The notes below the pieces were generated by a model. The model was not told the origin of the DNA and searched no databases. It worked only from the letters and a program-made list of their open reading frames with translations. From Prevotella sp. (GTDB lineage Bacteria > Bacteroidota > Bacteroidia > Bacteroidales > Dysgonomonadaceae), in NCBI GenBank assembly GCA_031285625.1, contig JAITVV010000092.1, positions 128,001 to 192,000 of the forward strand: a stretch of 64,000 bases of DNA. Direction: 5' to 3'. Positions 20,545 to 31,152 of this stretch are shown piece after piece. The translations under genes were made by a program, and so were the position numbers. Every line of letters begins with the position of its first letter. Position 1 is the first letter of the stretch.

Positions 20545-21870
20545 TTATTCAAATAAAAATGGTTTGACTAACTCCAGTTTTGCTCTTTGCTCTTCAAAAA
20601 AGAATTTGTCATCACCAAAGGCTGGTTTCAACTGATTAAACCACGTTGCCTTCGAATCATATTGAGCAAAGAAAGGAATATCCACCCATTTAGGATTTCT
20701 TCCCTGTATAAAGCGTAGAACGAATATCTTCTCCCCTCTTACTTCTTGTACACCCAAGACTTGTATTTTCCCCGCATGGTCACTCATACTTGGACCTCTA
20801 ACTGTCCGGCAAAGACCGCTAACCTTACGGTATGCACGGCGGAAAATCTGCCAACACCTGTCTAAAGGTAATTCAAAATAATGTTTGGCACCCGTATCCC
20901 GAGCTATAAACATATAATAAGGTATGCATCCCAAATCAACCTGCTTTCGCCACATTTCAGCCCAAAGTTCAGGCTTGTCATTTATATTTCTCAGCAATGG
21001 CGATTGGGTACGTATCTGTGCACCTGTATTACGAATACGCATAATAGCCTGCTTCACCGCATCAGTAGATAGTTCCCTTGGATGATTAAAATGTGCCTGC
21101 ACCGACAGATTCTTACCAGCTTTGGTTATATCTTCAAACAGACGGATTACATCATCACTGTCTTTATCGGTCAAATACCTGTATGGCCAGTATGCCAAAG
21201 ATTTTGTACCGATACGGATAGAACGGATATGGCTGAATTCAGGTCCGAGCAAAGGCTTTATATATGCCTCAAGTGTAGCTGCATTCATTACCATCGGGTC
21301 GCCTCCGGTAAATAGTATATCTGTCACCTCTTTGTGCAATCGCAGGTATTTGAGCAATAGATCCGCCTCTTTCATGGCAAACTTAAGTTCACTCATACCC
21401 GAAAATTGTGGCCAACGGAAACAAAATGTACAAAACGCATGGCAGGTCTGTCCCTGGCTGGGAAAAAATAATACTGTTTCAGGATACTTGTGCTGTATCC
21501 CCTTCAACTTGATCTCACCTAAATAAGGTACATTATGTTCCTGTCCTGCAGGATTGGGATTCAGAGCCATACGTATCTGTTGTACTTTCTTGGCTATAGT
21601 TTCCTTATCCGCATTCTCATCTAACAACTTTTCAATAGCCGTATAATGCCTCTTTTCCAACATCCCTTGTCGTGGAAAATTCAACGTAAAGATAGGATCA
21701 GACTCTACATTTGTCCAATCAATCAGTTCATCTACCACATAGCTGTTTGTTTTAAATGGAAGAACTCTTCCTACAACATCTATGTCTTTTATCATCTCTT
21801 CTGTAAGAGATAAAATCTGTGGAATTGTACGGTAGTTATGTAACGCGTACGATATAATTTGCTTACTCAT
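20545..21870 (-). CDS. KamA-family radical SAM protein (lysine 2,3-aminomutase-like)
   Basis: HKYPETVL, CHAFCTFC, TGGDP, HFNHPREL, PYYMF; start set at MSKQII. Confidence 0.88.
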   Translation of the reverse strand: MSKQIISYALHNYRTIPQILSLTEEMIKDIDVVGRVLPFKTNSYVVDELIDWTNVESDPIFTLNFPRQGMLEKRHYTAIEKLLDENADKETIAKKVQQIRMALNPNPAGQEHNVPYLGEIKLKGIQHKYPETVLFFPSQGQTCHAFCTFCFRWPQFSGMSELKFAMKEADLLLKYLRLHKEVTDILFTGGDPMVMNAATLEAYIKPLLGPEFSHIRSIRIGTKSLAYWPYRYLTDKDSDDVIRLFEDITKAGKNLSVQAHFNHPRELSTDAVKQAIMRIRNTGAQIRTQSPLLRNINDKPELWAEMWRKQVDLGCIPYYMFIARDTGAKHYFELPLDRCWQIFRRAYRKVSGLCRTVRGPSMSDHAGKIQVLGVQEVRGEKIFVLRFIQGRNPKWVDIPFFAQYDSKATWFNQLKPAFGDDKFFFEEQRAKLELVKPFLFE

Positions 21871-22038
21871 AGTTATAAAATTTCGAAGGGCATTTGATCT
21901 CCATCCATACAATATACTAAAAATGTGTCACATATACAAAATACGTACCTTAGCGCACACATTTTTTTAAAGTATTATAACATTTACCCCCCTCTATCGG
22001 GCATTTTTTTTCTTTTTATGCCAAAATAGTTATAGGTA

Positions 22039-22073
22039 CGCAAAAAAACTGCGCAATCACTATATTATATTTG
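22039..22073 (+). promoter_or_regulatory. CGCA-N7-TGCG box plus -7 element upstream of the Hen1 operon
   Basis: CGCAAAAAAACTGCG at 22039-22053; TATATTTG at 22066-22073. Confidence 0.7.
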
Positions 22074-22101
22074 TACCAATATTAGAAATAAGATAGAAAT
22101 T

Positions 22102-23412
22102 ATGATCTTAAAAATTAGAAGCAAAAACGATTATTTGCTTGATATTCTTTTCAAGAACCCGAACACAGACTATGGATTGTATTTCAAGACTTTAAAGAAT
22201 GGTCAGATAGTAGGAAATGCGGTTAACAAACATTACTATGAGGTAGTTTTTCAGGATACTAAATACAGTTATCTGCCTGAAGAAAGCAACCAGATAGACT
22301 ATCAAAGCTATTGCACACCATTATCTGTATTGCACATATGCAATGAGCTTTTTACACATATACTAAAAAGTAAAGACGAGTTTTCTCAAAAACCAATTAC
22401 GTGGCTTGACATTACACAAGGTAAAGCCGATACAGAAAATTGTATAATTGAAATACCTTCTTTTTATATTGACTCCAACTGGTTTCGAAACGAACGTTTT
22501 CTACCTTCAAAGTATTTTGATGGGGTAAAGGTCGAACAACAAACAAACCGCATCTTTAAGTTGACAATTACTGCAAAATCTGTTTTTGAAGCATTCAATT
22601 TACTGGCTTTGGTCGCATTGTTTACTCATGTTACAAATGAATATAGAATACATACTTATATAGATGATCAATTGGCCCAGAAATATGGACGAATATTGAC
22701 CAATATTGAAAATGTTCCATATTTTGTTTTCTACCTGTTCATTATGAAGGCTGTGAAATCCGAAAGTCAGTTTAAGGAACTGAAACCTTTATTCGAGAAA
22801 TATCTTGAAGGAAACGGATTGATAGCTAATCTGGTATTAAAAGGTACATACCTGCAGCGTATTCATTATATAGTTAATCAGCTAGAACTGGATATACCAA
22901 TTCTGGATATTGGATGTGGAGAATTCACCTACTATAAAAAGATGATGGCTAAGGAATTTAAAGCACCATATTATGCTGTAGATCAAGATAGCCAATTTGA
23001 ACGATTGAGTGAGAATATTGCACGAAGGTATGAGGAAGACAATCTGATATTCTACAATTCATTAGAACAGTTTACATCTGACGAACAGGTAAATATTCTT
23101 TTGACCGAAGTTATTGAGCATAATCCAAGGGAAGAAGCCGATATATTGATAAAGAAGGCTTTATCATTTAATTTCAACAAATTATTAATTACCACCCCAA
23201 ATGTGGAGTTCAATCAATTTTACAATATGGAGAGTGAGTTTCGCCACGACGATCATCAGTTTGAACTTACCCAAAAAGAATTTGAAGAACTAATAGAGAG
23301 TTGTATCTGGAACATGGAAAATCCGGAACAATATAAAGTAGCGTTTTTTCAATTAGGTGATAGTCTAAATGACATTCAGCCAACACAAGGATGTGTAATC
23401 AGAAAACAATAA
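22102..23412 (+). CDS. hen1: Hen1-type RNA 3'-terminal 2'-O-methyltransferase
   Basis: ILDIGCGE (SAM), EVIEH, ITTPNVEFN and FRHDDHQFE Hen1 metal-binding motifs; N-terminal KNP motif. Confidence 0.85.
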   Translation: MILKIRSKNDYLLDILFKNPNTDYGLYFKTLKNGQIVGNAVNKHYYEVVFQDTKYSYLPEESNQIDYQSYCTPLSVLHICNELFTHILKSKDEFSQKPITWLDITQGKADTENCIIEIPSFYIDSNWFRNERFLPSKYFDGVKVEQQTNRIFKLTITAKSVFEAFNLLALVALFTHVTNEYRIHTYIDDQLAQKYGRILTNIENVPYFVFYLFIMKAVKSESQFKELKPLFEKYLEGNGLIANLVLKGTYLQRIHYIVNQLELDIPILDIGCGEFTYYKKMMAKEFKAPYYAVDQDSQFERLSENIARRYEEDNLIFYNSLEQFTSDEQVNILLTEVIEHNPREEADILIKKALSFNFNKLLITTPNVEFNQFYNMESEFRHDDHQFELTQKEFEELIESCIWNMENPEQYKVAFFQLGDSLNDIQPTQGCVIRKQ

Positions 23413-23441
23413 TCAGTTAATAGTTATCAAACGATATAATT

Positions 23442-24626
23442 ATGGAAGATTTAAAACGATTAAAAAATAGAATTGACTGGTTTTGTGAAAACAAAGTGAA
23501 TGCTTTTTCACCTACCATATCACCGGCTCCAAAATCGATTGAACGAAACGAGATAGAGAGTATATATGAAGGTATCCGTTACTTCTTTGAAAATGGAGTA
23601 CAGGAGATAGTGATACAAAAGAAATATATGGGCTCTTACTGTGATATATATTTAAATAAGAATCTGGAAGATACCTATTTCGTTAGCCGAAACGGGCATA
23701 AAATAGATCATATTGACTTGATTGCAGCAGTAGAAGCCTGTAGAGAATTGCACAGCCGTATCGACTGGACTGATACTGACATGCTCATTATCCAATCGGA
23801 ACTTATGCCTTGGAGTGCTTTAGGTAAAGGACTGATTGAAAATGAATTTGAAGGCTATCTGAATGTACACCAAAACCACTGCAACCATCTGACTCAATCG
23901 GATATATATGAGAAAATCTCAAAAGTAAAGGCTTCTCAACCTTACATAGACTTTATTGAGGATAAGAACAAACTTTCTCTCAAGGAATTGAGAGAAAGGT
24001 ATCCTCATCATATTATCCGCCAGTATGAATCTGTAGCCGATTTTAATATACTGGATATGGAAGTGTATAAAACAAGTATCGATATATACGAAAAACAGAT
24101 CAATCATTTTGGCAAAAAAGATTCTATACACTTCAAGCCGTTCAATATTCTGAAAAAAGTATTTAAAGACGGCTCTGAACTGATAGTGAACGACAACCTA
24201 AGTTATAGAGAAGTAAATAATGATGAATGTCTGAACTTGTACATACGCAACGAAGAGGAATTTAACCAGTCAGTAGAAGAGATATACAAGTGGTTTGTAA
24301 CCCTGGAGCAAAATATGGAAGAAGGTATTGTAATCAAACCCCGTCAGGCGTTTATCAGAAATATGCCTCCTGCATTCAAAGTAAGAAACAATAAGTATCT
24401 TACAATGATATACGGAGTAAATTTTCATGAACAATATGATTACTATCTTTATAAACGTAAGATCGACCGTAAACTGGAATGCTCCATTAATGACTGGATG
24501 ATCAATTGGGAGTTGCTGAAAGTGAAATACAAAGATATCAGCAAAGAAAACTACCTGTTGAAGAACCTTGTTTTCGACCGCATTATGGGAGAGAGGGTTG
24601 AAGCTGGATTGGATATGAGATTATAA
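23442..24626 (+). CDS. Stand-alone Pnkp-type RNA ligase (Rnl)
   Basis: FSPTISPA, QKKYMGS (motif I), SRNG, ELMPWS, EEGIVIKP, KVRNNKYLTMIYG, C-terminal LDMRL. Confidence 0.85.
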   Translation: MEDLKRLKNRIDWFCENKVNAFSPTISPAPKSIERNEIESIYEGIRYFFENGVQEIVIQKKYMGSYCDIYLNKNLEDTYFVSRNGHKIDHIDLIAAVEACRELHSRIDWTDTDMLIIQSELMPWSALGKGLIENEFEGYLNVHQNHCNHLTQSDIYEKISKVKASQPYIDFIEDKNKLSLKELRERYPHHIIRQYESVADFNILDMEVYKTSIDIYEKQINHFGKKDSIHFKPFNILKKVFKDGSELIVNDNLSYREVNNDECLNLYIRNEEEFNQSVEEIYKWFVTLEQNMEEGIVIKPRQAFIRNMPPAFKVRNNKYLTMIYGVNFHEQYDYYLYKRKIDRKLECSINDWMINWELLKVKYKDISKENYLLKNLVFDRIMGERVEAGLDMRL

Positions 24627-24783
24627 GAATGAACTTGTACAAATTGCTGGGTATGTCTGAATATTTTTATGGAGATTCTATTGAAATAGATATTATAAAA
24701 ACAGACAAAACGAAAACAAGATTTTTGAATTAATCTTTACATACTTTATAAGCAAAAATTAAGTAAGACATAAGTATATAACA

Positions 24784-25698
24784 ATGAAAAAAAACTCCAA
24801 AATATTAATATTAATCGGTGCTCCCGGATCGGGTAAATCCACTTTCGCAAAGTATTTTATCCGCACCGAAGAAAATTGGATGCGTCTTTGCCGTGATGAT
24901 TTTCGCATGATGCATTTTACATATGCTAATTTATCTCCACGCGATGAAGGTTTGATTACCGACATGCTGGATGTATCTATAGAAGCATTACTAAAGAAAA
25001 GATGTAATGTGCTGATAGATGCTACTCACTGCAGAGCAGAATATCTGAACCACTATATAGAAAAATTTAACCATCTGGCAGATATATCTTTCAAAGTATT
25101 TGAAGCCGATGCCGAAGAAATAGCCGAACGCTGTGATAAACGTAATAAGGAAACGGGCAAATATATTCCGGCGAATGTGCAAAAACGCTATATAAAAGAA
25201 CTGGAAGAGTTGAAAAAGACATTTGATCTCTCAACCCGTCCTAAGATTGATAAAAGAGTAAAAATAGCAGAGCAGAATACAACCCTACCTAAAGCTGTTA
25301 TTTGTGACCTTGACGGAACGCTTGCCCTTATGGATGATCGTAATCCATTTGATGCATCCCATAGTGATAAAGATGAATTAAATAAACCGGTAGCAAATAC
25401 ATTAAAAGCTTTAGCGAAAGATGGTTACCAGATACTTTTGGTTTCAGGTAGGGAAGATAAGTTCAGAGAACCGACTAAGCGTTTTCTTGAAATCCATAAC
25501 ATTCCTTATCATCAACTTTGGATGCGCCAAAGCAAGGATTATAGAAAAGATTCGATAATAAAAAAAGAAATATTCGACGCTGAAATAAAGGATAAATATT
25601 ATATCGATTTAGTACTTGACGACAGAGACCAGGTGGTAGAAATGTGGCGTAAAGAGTTAAAGTTAAATTGCTTTCAGGTGAATTATGGGAATTTTTAA
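24784..25698 (+). CDS. T4 PNK-like polynucleotide 5'-kinase/3'-phosphatase (Pnkp1)
   Basis: GAPGSGKST and RDDFR kinase motifs; DLDGT, SGR and DDR HAD phosphatase motifs. Confidence 0.9.
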   Translation: MKKNSKILILIGAPGSGKSTFAKYFIRTEENWMRLCRDDFRMMHFTYANLSPRDEGLITDMLDVSIEALLKKRCNVLIDATHCRAEYLNHYIEKFNHLADISFKVFEADAEEIAERCDKRNKETGKYIPANVQKRYIKELEELKKTFDLSTRPKIDKRVKIAEQNTTLPKAVICDLDGTLALMDDRNPFDASHSDKDELNKPVANTLKALAKDGYQILLVSGREDKFREPTKRFLEIHNIPYHQLWMRQSKDYRKDSIIKKEIFDAEIKDKYYIDLVLDDRDQVVEMWRKELKLNCFQVNYGNF

Positions 25699-26118
25699 AG
25701 CATACCATGTATGCTTACATAATATCCAGTTTGCTTTTGTCTTTTTCGAAGAGAAAAGTATAGCCATATTCACCAAGCCTTTTCTGTGCATCAATCATAT
25801 CTTCTGATGATTTTGTGAGAATCAAAGTAGAAATGATTACAGGATGATCTACATCTTGTAGGTAAGGTTGAAAATAACCGATAGGTACATCAAATCCCAG
25901 ATACTCGGACTAAAACTGATTGCTCATTCCAAGGCTCTATATTTTCAGGTCTTTCCTTTATTACTCTGTTATGATATATATCTAATTGATCCAATAATGA
26001 AGAAAGAATGTATTAAGAAAACAATGTTCGGATTCTGTTCCAATGAAAGTATTATTATCATCAAACGATCGAATTTAATCATTATCCCCAACATGAACCC
26101 GTACAAGATATACTTGTT

Positions 26119-26352
26119 ATGATAGGCCGTCACTTCAATATAGATCCCTTGTTGAAACAATGGACAAAAAGTAAGTCAACAGCTTCTGTTTTACATTTTG
26201 TTGATTTAATGATTAATAAAGATTATAAACAGATTAGCTCATACCCCAATGTTCAAATGGAAAGTAGGATTGATATATGGCTTAAAAAGGCTGATACTAA
26301 AATACATTTTATGGCTGAAAGTCGATATAGAGATAGCATATGCTACATATAA
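26119..26352 (+). pseudogene. Probable gene remnant
   Basis: Short protein-like fragment in an AT-rich stretch with broken frames. Confidence 0.3.
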
Positions 26353-26455
26353 GAATATAGATACAGGCTTTCATACATAGATATTAACAATCCAAATTGT
26401 TATACAAGTAATACTGAATATCCTACCTTTGTTATATTAACTAAATAGTAGAATT

Positions 26456-26755
26456 ATGGTCTTAATACAAATAAATTTTGACTTTCCGGTAGAAATGATG
26501 GGTGACGCTCTCACTATAGGAGCTAAAGAATTGGCAGAAAGTATTAATAATGAGCCTGGTTTTGTTTCCAAAATATGGATAGAAAATGTTAAAACTGAAG
26601 AGAGTGGTGGAATCTATATTTTTAAAGATATGGAGTCTGCTGAAAAATATGCAGCGATGCACTCTAAACGAGTTGAGGCTATGGGTGCAAAAAATATTGT
26701 ATGCAAATTCTTTAATGTGAACGAGCCTTTATCTCGAATTAATCACGGAATATAA
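26456..26755 (+). CDS. YdhR-family putative monooxygenase
   Basis: LAESINNEPGFVSKIWIEN, GGIYIF, FNVNEPLSRI. Confidence 0.85.
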   Translation: MVLIQINFDFPVEMMGDALTIGAKELAESINNEPGFVSKIWIENVKTEESGGIYIFKDMESAEKYAAMHSKRVEAMGAKNIVCKFFNVNEPLSRINHGI

Positions 26756-26758
26756 TAT

Positions 26759-26973
26759 ACAAGTAAGGTAACAGGCGAGAAGAGACTTGCCTTGCGGCTA
26801 TCGGACGTTCTTACCCCCAGGAGGCAGTGAACCGGCATTCGACATCTCAGGGAGACTTGCGCATTGTGCTTTGCCCTGTCGGTTTTCAACCCGACTTCGC
26901 GGAATCGGTTGCCCGAATCTAAGCTACCTTAGGCCCATTATCGAAGTAACCCTTCTCTACGACACTTACTTGT
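26759..26973 (-). ncRNA. Large Y-RNA-like ncRNA with a 23S rRNA H69-H71-like insert
   Basis: Terminal ACAAGUAAG/CUUACUUGU stem; GUGUCGUAG, GUUACUUCG and CCUGUUAC family motifs; TATCTTTG promoter at 26981-26988. Confidence 0.7.
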
Positions 26974-27000
26974 TATTGTGCAAAGATAGTAAAAAAGAAC

Positions 27001-27189
27001 TTATCGGAAAGACTTCCTCTTCTGAATGGCTCCGGCAACAAGCATCACTAGCCCAAGGCCTGTAGTAAATCCCTGAAAGAAAGCAATTGCTGATATCGTA
27101 TGGTCCGGCGATAAATATTTTAAGATGAAAGACACAGATATTAGAAATAATCCCAAGCTTATTTTCTTATTCAAATTTATGTTTTTCAT
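27001..27189 (-). CDS. Small two-TM membrane protein
   Basis: 62 aa, two hydrophobic segments, directly downstream of the helicase. Confidence 0.5.
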   Translation of the reverse strand: MKNINLNKKISLGLFLISVSFILKYLSPDHTISAIAFFQGFTTGLGLVMLVAGAIQKRKSFR

Positions 27190-27223
27190 GATATGTCATT
27201 TTTATTATATACAAATATAATAA

Positions 27224-29980
27224 CTATCTCCATTTGTTCACTTGTTCCGATGTATTATCATCCGTAAAATTTGCCGAAAGGGCTTTCATTCTGGCCTCTA
27301 ACAGTTGTTTTCTACCTTCAATTGTACGTGTATAAATAAGGTCGCATGGACCAACAAGTTCGAGCCATTGCTGAGAGAAATATTGAGCAAGTTTTTTATT
27401 CCTACCCAAGATCTCAGGTACTGCATGGTAGTCGCGCCGGATTTGTTCTGCAAAGAATTTACTTTTACGTACGATTATATAACGTGGATTTTCAATGACA
27501 TTAACAATTTCTTGCAATGTATCGATAAATACAGCTTGCTCAAAAGTACTTCCTCCATCGAGATAACAATAAATGGCTCCAGCTTCATCAGAATATGCAA
27601 TAACCTTTAGGTTTGCAGGATTAGTAATTATTGTGCCTTGCTTGATTAATGACTTGAGCAACACATTTCCTATTTGTTGAATATCTTTAGAAATATCCCT
27701 GAATTTTATATATAGTTTTAGTGTCTTATAAGTTTGCCTGCCACACATAAATAATCCTGTAAGGGCAGTAAGAAGAATAAAGAAATAGAAATCTTTTGGG
27801 GTTCGCAATGCCTTTATATTGTGTATCAATGATTCAAGAGTCTGAGAAGCAAAAGCTGTAAGTAACAATAGAAGATCGGCTCCAAGATACTTTATCGTCC
27901 GCATCATGTATAGTTGTTTTAGCTTTGGGTATTCGCCCCCTTTTTCGCTATAGAACGGGATCTTTATCTCCTCTACAATTTGTACCCCTCCGGCAATAGC
28001 TTTTGCCCATCTTTCATTTAGGGTGCATCGGTCTCCGGCATTCGTTAATGTAACAAGATTAATTCCTCTGATTGTTTCCTCATTGTATGAATCCCTATGT
28101 ATATTAAGGCGTTGCAATCCATTTTCAATTGTCGGTTCCTCATAGTTTGATAATCCGACAAAGCTTCGAAAACGTCTTCTCATTACTTCCAGGTCGCTAC
28201 CTCCATCTTCCATTGTAGGATCGAGGCAGACAAGATGCCATATATTACTTGTTTTGGATGGATTATCTTTTTGTGTTCTTATTGCACGTCCCCGCATTTG
28301 ATTGGAAAGTACAAAAGATCCTACAAAACTAGCTAAAATCAGACTATTGATTGCCGGAGCATCCCATCCTTCTCCCAACAGGGATTTAGTACCGATAAGA
28401 ATCTCGATCTCCCCTTCCTGAAATAGTTGTGTTATGATTTGTACCAGTTTATTTTTAAGAGTTGCATTTGATTTGATAATCCTGTATCCATCTATATACT
28501 CATATGTGAGCGGATCCAGTTCTGTCATGCCGTGTATGATGCATAATTCATGGAAACGACTAATTGCATCAATAGGTATGATTGTTATTGAACCTGTGAG
28601 TACTCCGAGTTTTTTATTATCATTGTTATATTTACGTAGATGTTCGAATATGGGAATCACCCCAATCTTGCTTAACTCAATGTCTACATTGTCTTTATTG
28701 AGGCATTCACTTCGTATATAATCTGACAAAATAACCATGCGCAAATCAGATTGTAAATGGCTATGTTCAAAATCAACAATCTCTTTTATGCTATTCATCT
28801 TTCCATTACTGGAAATAAGAAGCTTATTGATGCGCTGATTATAAAGCATGTTCACTCTGTTGCGTTCGAGTACTCCATATCGTCTTAATTGATTCATCAA
28901 GGCTTCCTTTTCTTCTTCAAACTCTTCAAAGAGTTCTTTCTCCTGAAAAAGAAAGAAGTTAAGTAATATTTCAATACGTTCATAGAGCAATTCTGGAATA
29001 TCTACTTTGGGTATATCATTTCCCTCATATCCACTTACTATTCTTAAGTGGATAACGGGAATCTCGATATTATTTGCATGCAGGAATATAATACATGATG
29101 TGTATATAGGTAAATTATCATAAATCCAGTCCAGATACTTTTCCGGCTCATTCCATGCAGGGATACTTGCCATTGCATTAATCAAAGTCTCCGAATGGGA
29201 TAGCTTCTGATAAAGATCATTCATGTCTTTTCGAAACTTATTTATCTTTCGGTATTCTTCTTCAGTAGGCATTGAAAAGTAAATATGATCCTGATGAGGG
29301 CACAGATCGCCTTCGATAATTAGTTCCGGAATGGAAATTTCTGTGTCGATACTACCATTCAGGTCGAGGTAGCGTCTCCATTCAGTATAGCTGACATCAT
29401 AGGGTGGAGTGGCCGTAAGACCAACGACAAAGGGATCTAATTGTTCTTTAACCTTTATGAGAGTATGCCACCATTCATTCATCAGATGATGTGCTTCATC
29501 AACAACAATTGTCCCTATTCCTACACTTTTTAGTCCTTTAACGATAGATACCAGAGTGGATTTATTATGAGCTTTGGCTTTGATCGGTTTAGGTTCAGAA
29601 TTTTCATCTTCCGGTTCTTCATCTTCTGCTTGTATTTGTCCGCTACATGATGAGTGTAAGCCTTGATACGTCACTACAGTTATGAATGCAGGCTTGCGGA
29701 TATCGGTTGATATCCATTCGGGAGTGATATGTGTATCTAAGAATAGTTCACAAAAACGTTGTATCCATTGGTTCCGGATGGTTAAAGACGGGGCTAGTAT
29801 TAAAGTCGCTTTATTGATGCGTATTGCTACTTCTAGTCCTAATACTGTTTTACCTGATCCTGGAGGTGCGATAACATGCAAATGCCTGTCTTCCATATGG
29901 AAGTCTAATTCATCCAATACTTTTTGTTGGTATTTTCTCCAGGGATATTTAAATTTTGTATTGGATGGAAAGGTTTTCAT
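27224..29980 (-). CDS. SF2 DEAD/DEAH-box (ResIII-like) helicase with C-terminal TM segments
   Basis: PPGSGKT, DEAHH, GLTATP, LGEGWD and QMRGRAIR motifs; two hydrophobic helices near the C-terminus. Confidence 0.85.
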   Translation of the reverse strand: MKTFPSNTKFKYPWRKYQQKVLDELDFHMEDRHLHVIAPPGSGKTVLGLEVAIRINKATLILAPSLTIRNQWIQRFCELFLDTHITPEWISTDIRKPAFITVVTYQGLHSSCSGQIQAEDEEPEDENSEPKPIKAKAHNKSTLVSIVKGLKSVGIGTIVVDEAHHLMNEWWHTLIKVKEQLDPFVVGLTATPPYDVSYTEWRRYLDLNGSIDTEISIPELIIEGDLCPHQDHIYFSMPTEEEYRKINKFRKDMNDLYQKLSHSETLINAMASIPAWNEPEKYLDWIYDNLPIYTSCIIFLHANNIEIPVIHLRIVSGYEGNDIPKVDIPELLYERIEILLNFFLFQEKELFEEFEEEKEALMNQLRRYGVLERNRVNMLYNQRINKLLISSNGKMNSIKEIVDFEHSHLQSDLRMVILSDYIRSECLNKDNVDIELSKIGVIPIFEHLRKYNNDNKKLGVLTGSITIIPIDAISRFHELCIIHGMTELDPLTYEYIDGYRIIKSNATLKNKLVQIITQLFQEGEIEILIGTKSLLGEGWDAPAINSLILASFVGSFVLSNQMRGRAIRTQKDNPSKTSNIWHLVCLDPTMEDGGSDLEVMRRRFRSFVGLSNYEEPTIENGLQRLNIHRDSYNEETIRGINLVTLTNAGDRCTLNERWAKAIAGGVQIVEEIKIPFYSEKGGEYPKLKQLYMMRTIKYLGADLLLLLTAFASQTLESLIHNIKALRTPKDFYFFILLTALTGLFMCGRQTYKTLKLYIKFRDISKDIQQIGNVLLKSLIKQGTIITNPANLKVIAYSDEAGAIYCYLDGGSTFEQAVFIDTLQEIVNVIENPRYIIVRKSKFFAEQIRRDYHAVPEILGRNKKLAQYFSQQWLELVGPCDLIYTRTIEGRKQLLEARMKALSANFTDDNTSEQVNKWR

Positions 29981-30398
29981 TTGTATTGTTTGAGTAATAA
30001 ATCACAAAGATAATTGAAAAAAGGAATAACTCCTTGTTATCCCTTTAGTCTCTATCTTTTAAAATTCTCCATCCTGGTTGGGAATACATTACTTCCATTA
30101 TGAAAAGCAAAGGGGATTCTATACTCAGCAACTGGGTTATCAACGTAAAGGGATGAATAAACGTTTCCGGGAACGTTTTAATCATGAAGAAACCTTTATA
30201 TTTACCAGGAAGGATAATTTTGATTATGCCTATAAGTGTGTCAATTATTATTGGCATGATGACACAAAAGAAGATGTTGATTTACGTAAAAATTCAAACA
30301 TGATTTTATAGATAAATATATTGAAGGTGCAAGTTTTATGATGCCGGACTATTAAGTGTCTGATAAATTATTGTACTTTTAAAAGAAATTATAATCAT

Positions 30399-31151
30399 AT
30401 GAGAGAAAAGAGGGATTTAAATCTGGCAGTACTGATTGATGCAGATAATGTACCGTATTCTAATATAAAAGGTATGCTGGATGAAATAGCCAAAATAGGT
30501 GTACCAACAATAAAACGTATTTATGGAGATTGGACAAAGCCAACAGTTTCGGGATGGAAGCAGCCGTTACTGGAGCATGCAATCACTCCGATACAACAAT
30601 ATAGCTACACTACGGGAAAAAATGCGACCGATTCTGCAATGATTATTGATGCCATGGATATTCTGCATAGTGACAAAGTAGATGGATTCTGTCTGGTTTC
30701 CAGTGATAGTGACTTTACCCGACTGGCAGTAAGACTCAGGGAATCTGGTATGCAGGTGATCGGTATAGGAGAGAAAAAGACGCCGAATCCATTCATTGTA
30801 GCCTGTGATAAGTTCATCTATATTGAAATTATCGGTGATTCTGAGGATCAGCAGGATACAACAACTTCTGCAACAAAGAAAGATAAAGAAAAGAATATAG
30901 AGCCTGTAAATAAAAAACTTATCAATCTGTTAAAGAGCACAGTGCGTGATCTTGCCGACGATGACGGCTGGGCCTATCTGGGAGATATAGGTAATCTCAT
31001 TATTAAAAAGCGCCCCGATTTTGATTCCCGTAACTATGGTTTCTCCAAGCTTGCAGCTTTAGTAAAGGCGCAAAAGAAGGTATTTGAGATAGATGAACGA
31101 AAGACTGAAAAAGGACACTCGCAATTGGTATATGTGAAAATTAAGGAGTAG
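30399..31151 (+). CDS. NYN (LabA/DUF88) ribonuclease-like domain plus OST-HTH/LOTUS
   Basis: LIDADN, RIYGDW, GKNATD, SSDSDF; C-terminal PDFDSRNYGFSKL. Confidence 0.9.
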   Translation: MREKRDLNLAVLIDADNVPYSNIKGMLDEIAKIGVPTIKRIYGDWTKPTVSGWKQPLLEHAITPIQQYSYTTGKNATDSAMIIDAMDILHSDKVDGFCLVSSDSDFTRLAVRLRESGMQVIGIGEKKTPNPFIVACDKFIYIEIIGDSEDQQDTTTSATKKDKEKNIEPVNKKLINLLKSTVRDLADDDGWAYLGDIGNLIIKKRPDFDSRNYGFSKLAALVKAQKKVFEIDERKTEKGHSQLVYVKIKE

Positions 31152-31152
31152 C

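Noticed and set aside
26759-26973. Degraded rRNA pseudogene fragment or SRP RNA
   Set aside because: The rRNA-like blocks are interrupted by new hairpins and enclosed in the Y-type stem with its own promoter; no SRP helix 8 motif was seen.
26787-27065. Plus-strand ORFs over the ncRNA loci (also 36408-36671, 36837-37043, 36919-37218)
   Set aside because: Atypical composition, weak starts, and antisense to structured RNA units.
30045-30311. Short ORFs between the helicase and NYN genes
   Set aside because: No recognisable motif and overlapping alternative frames; cannot be supported.
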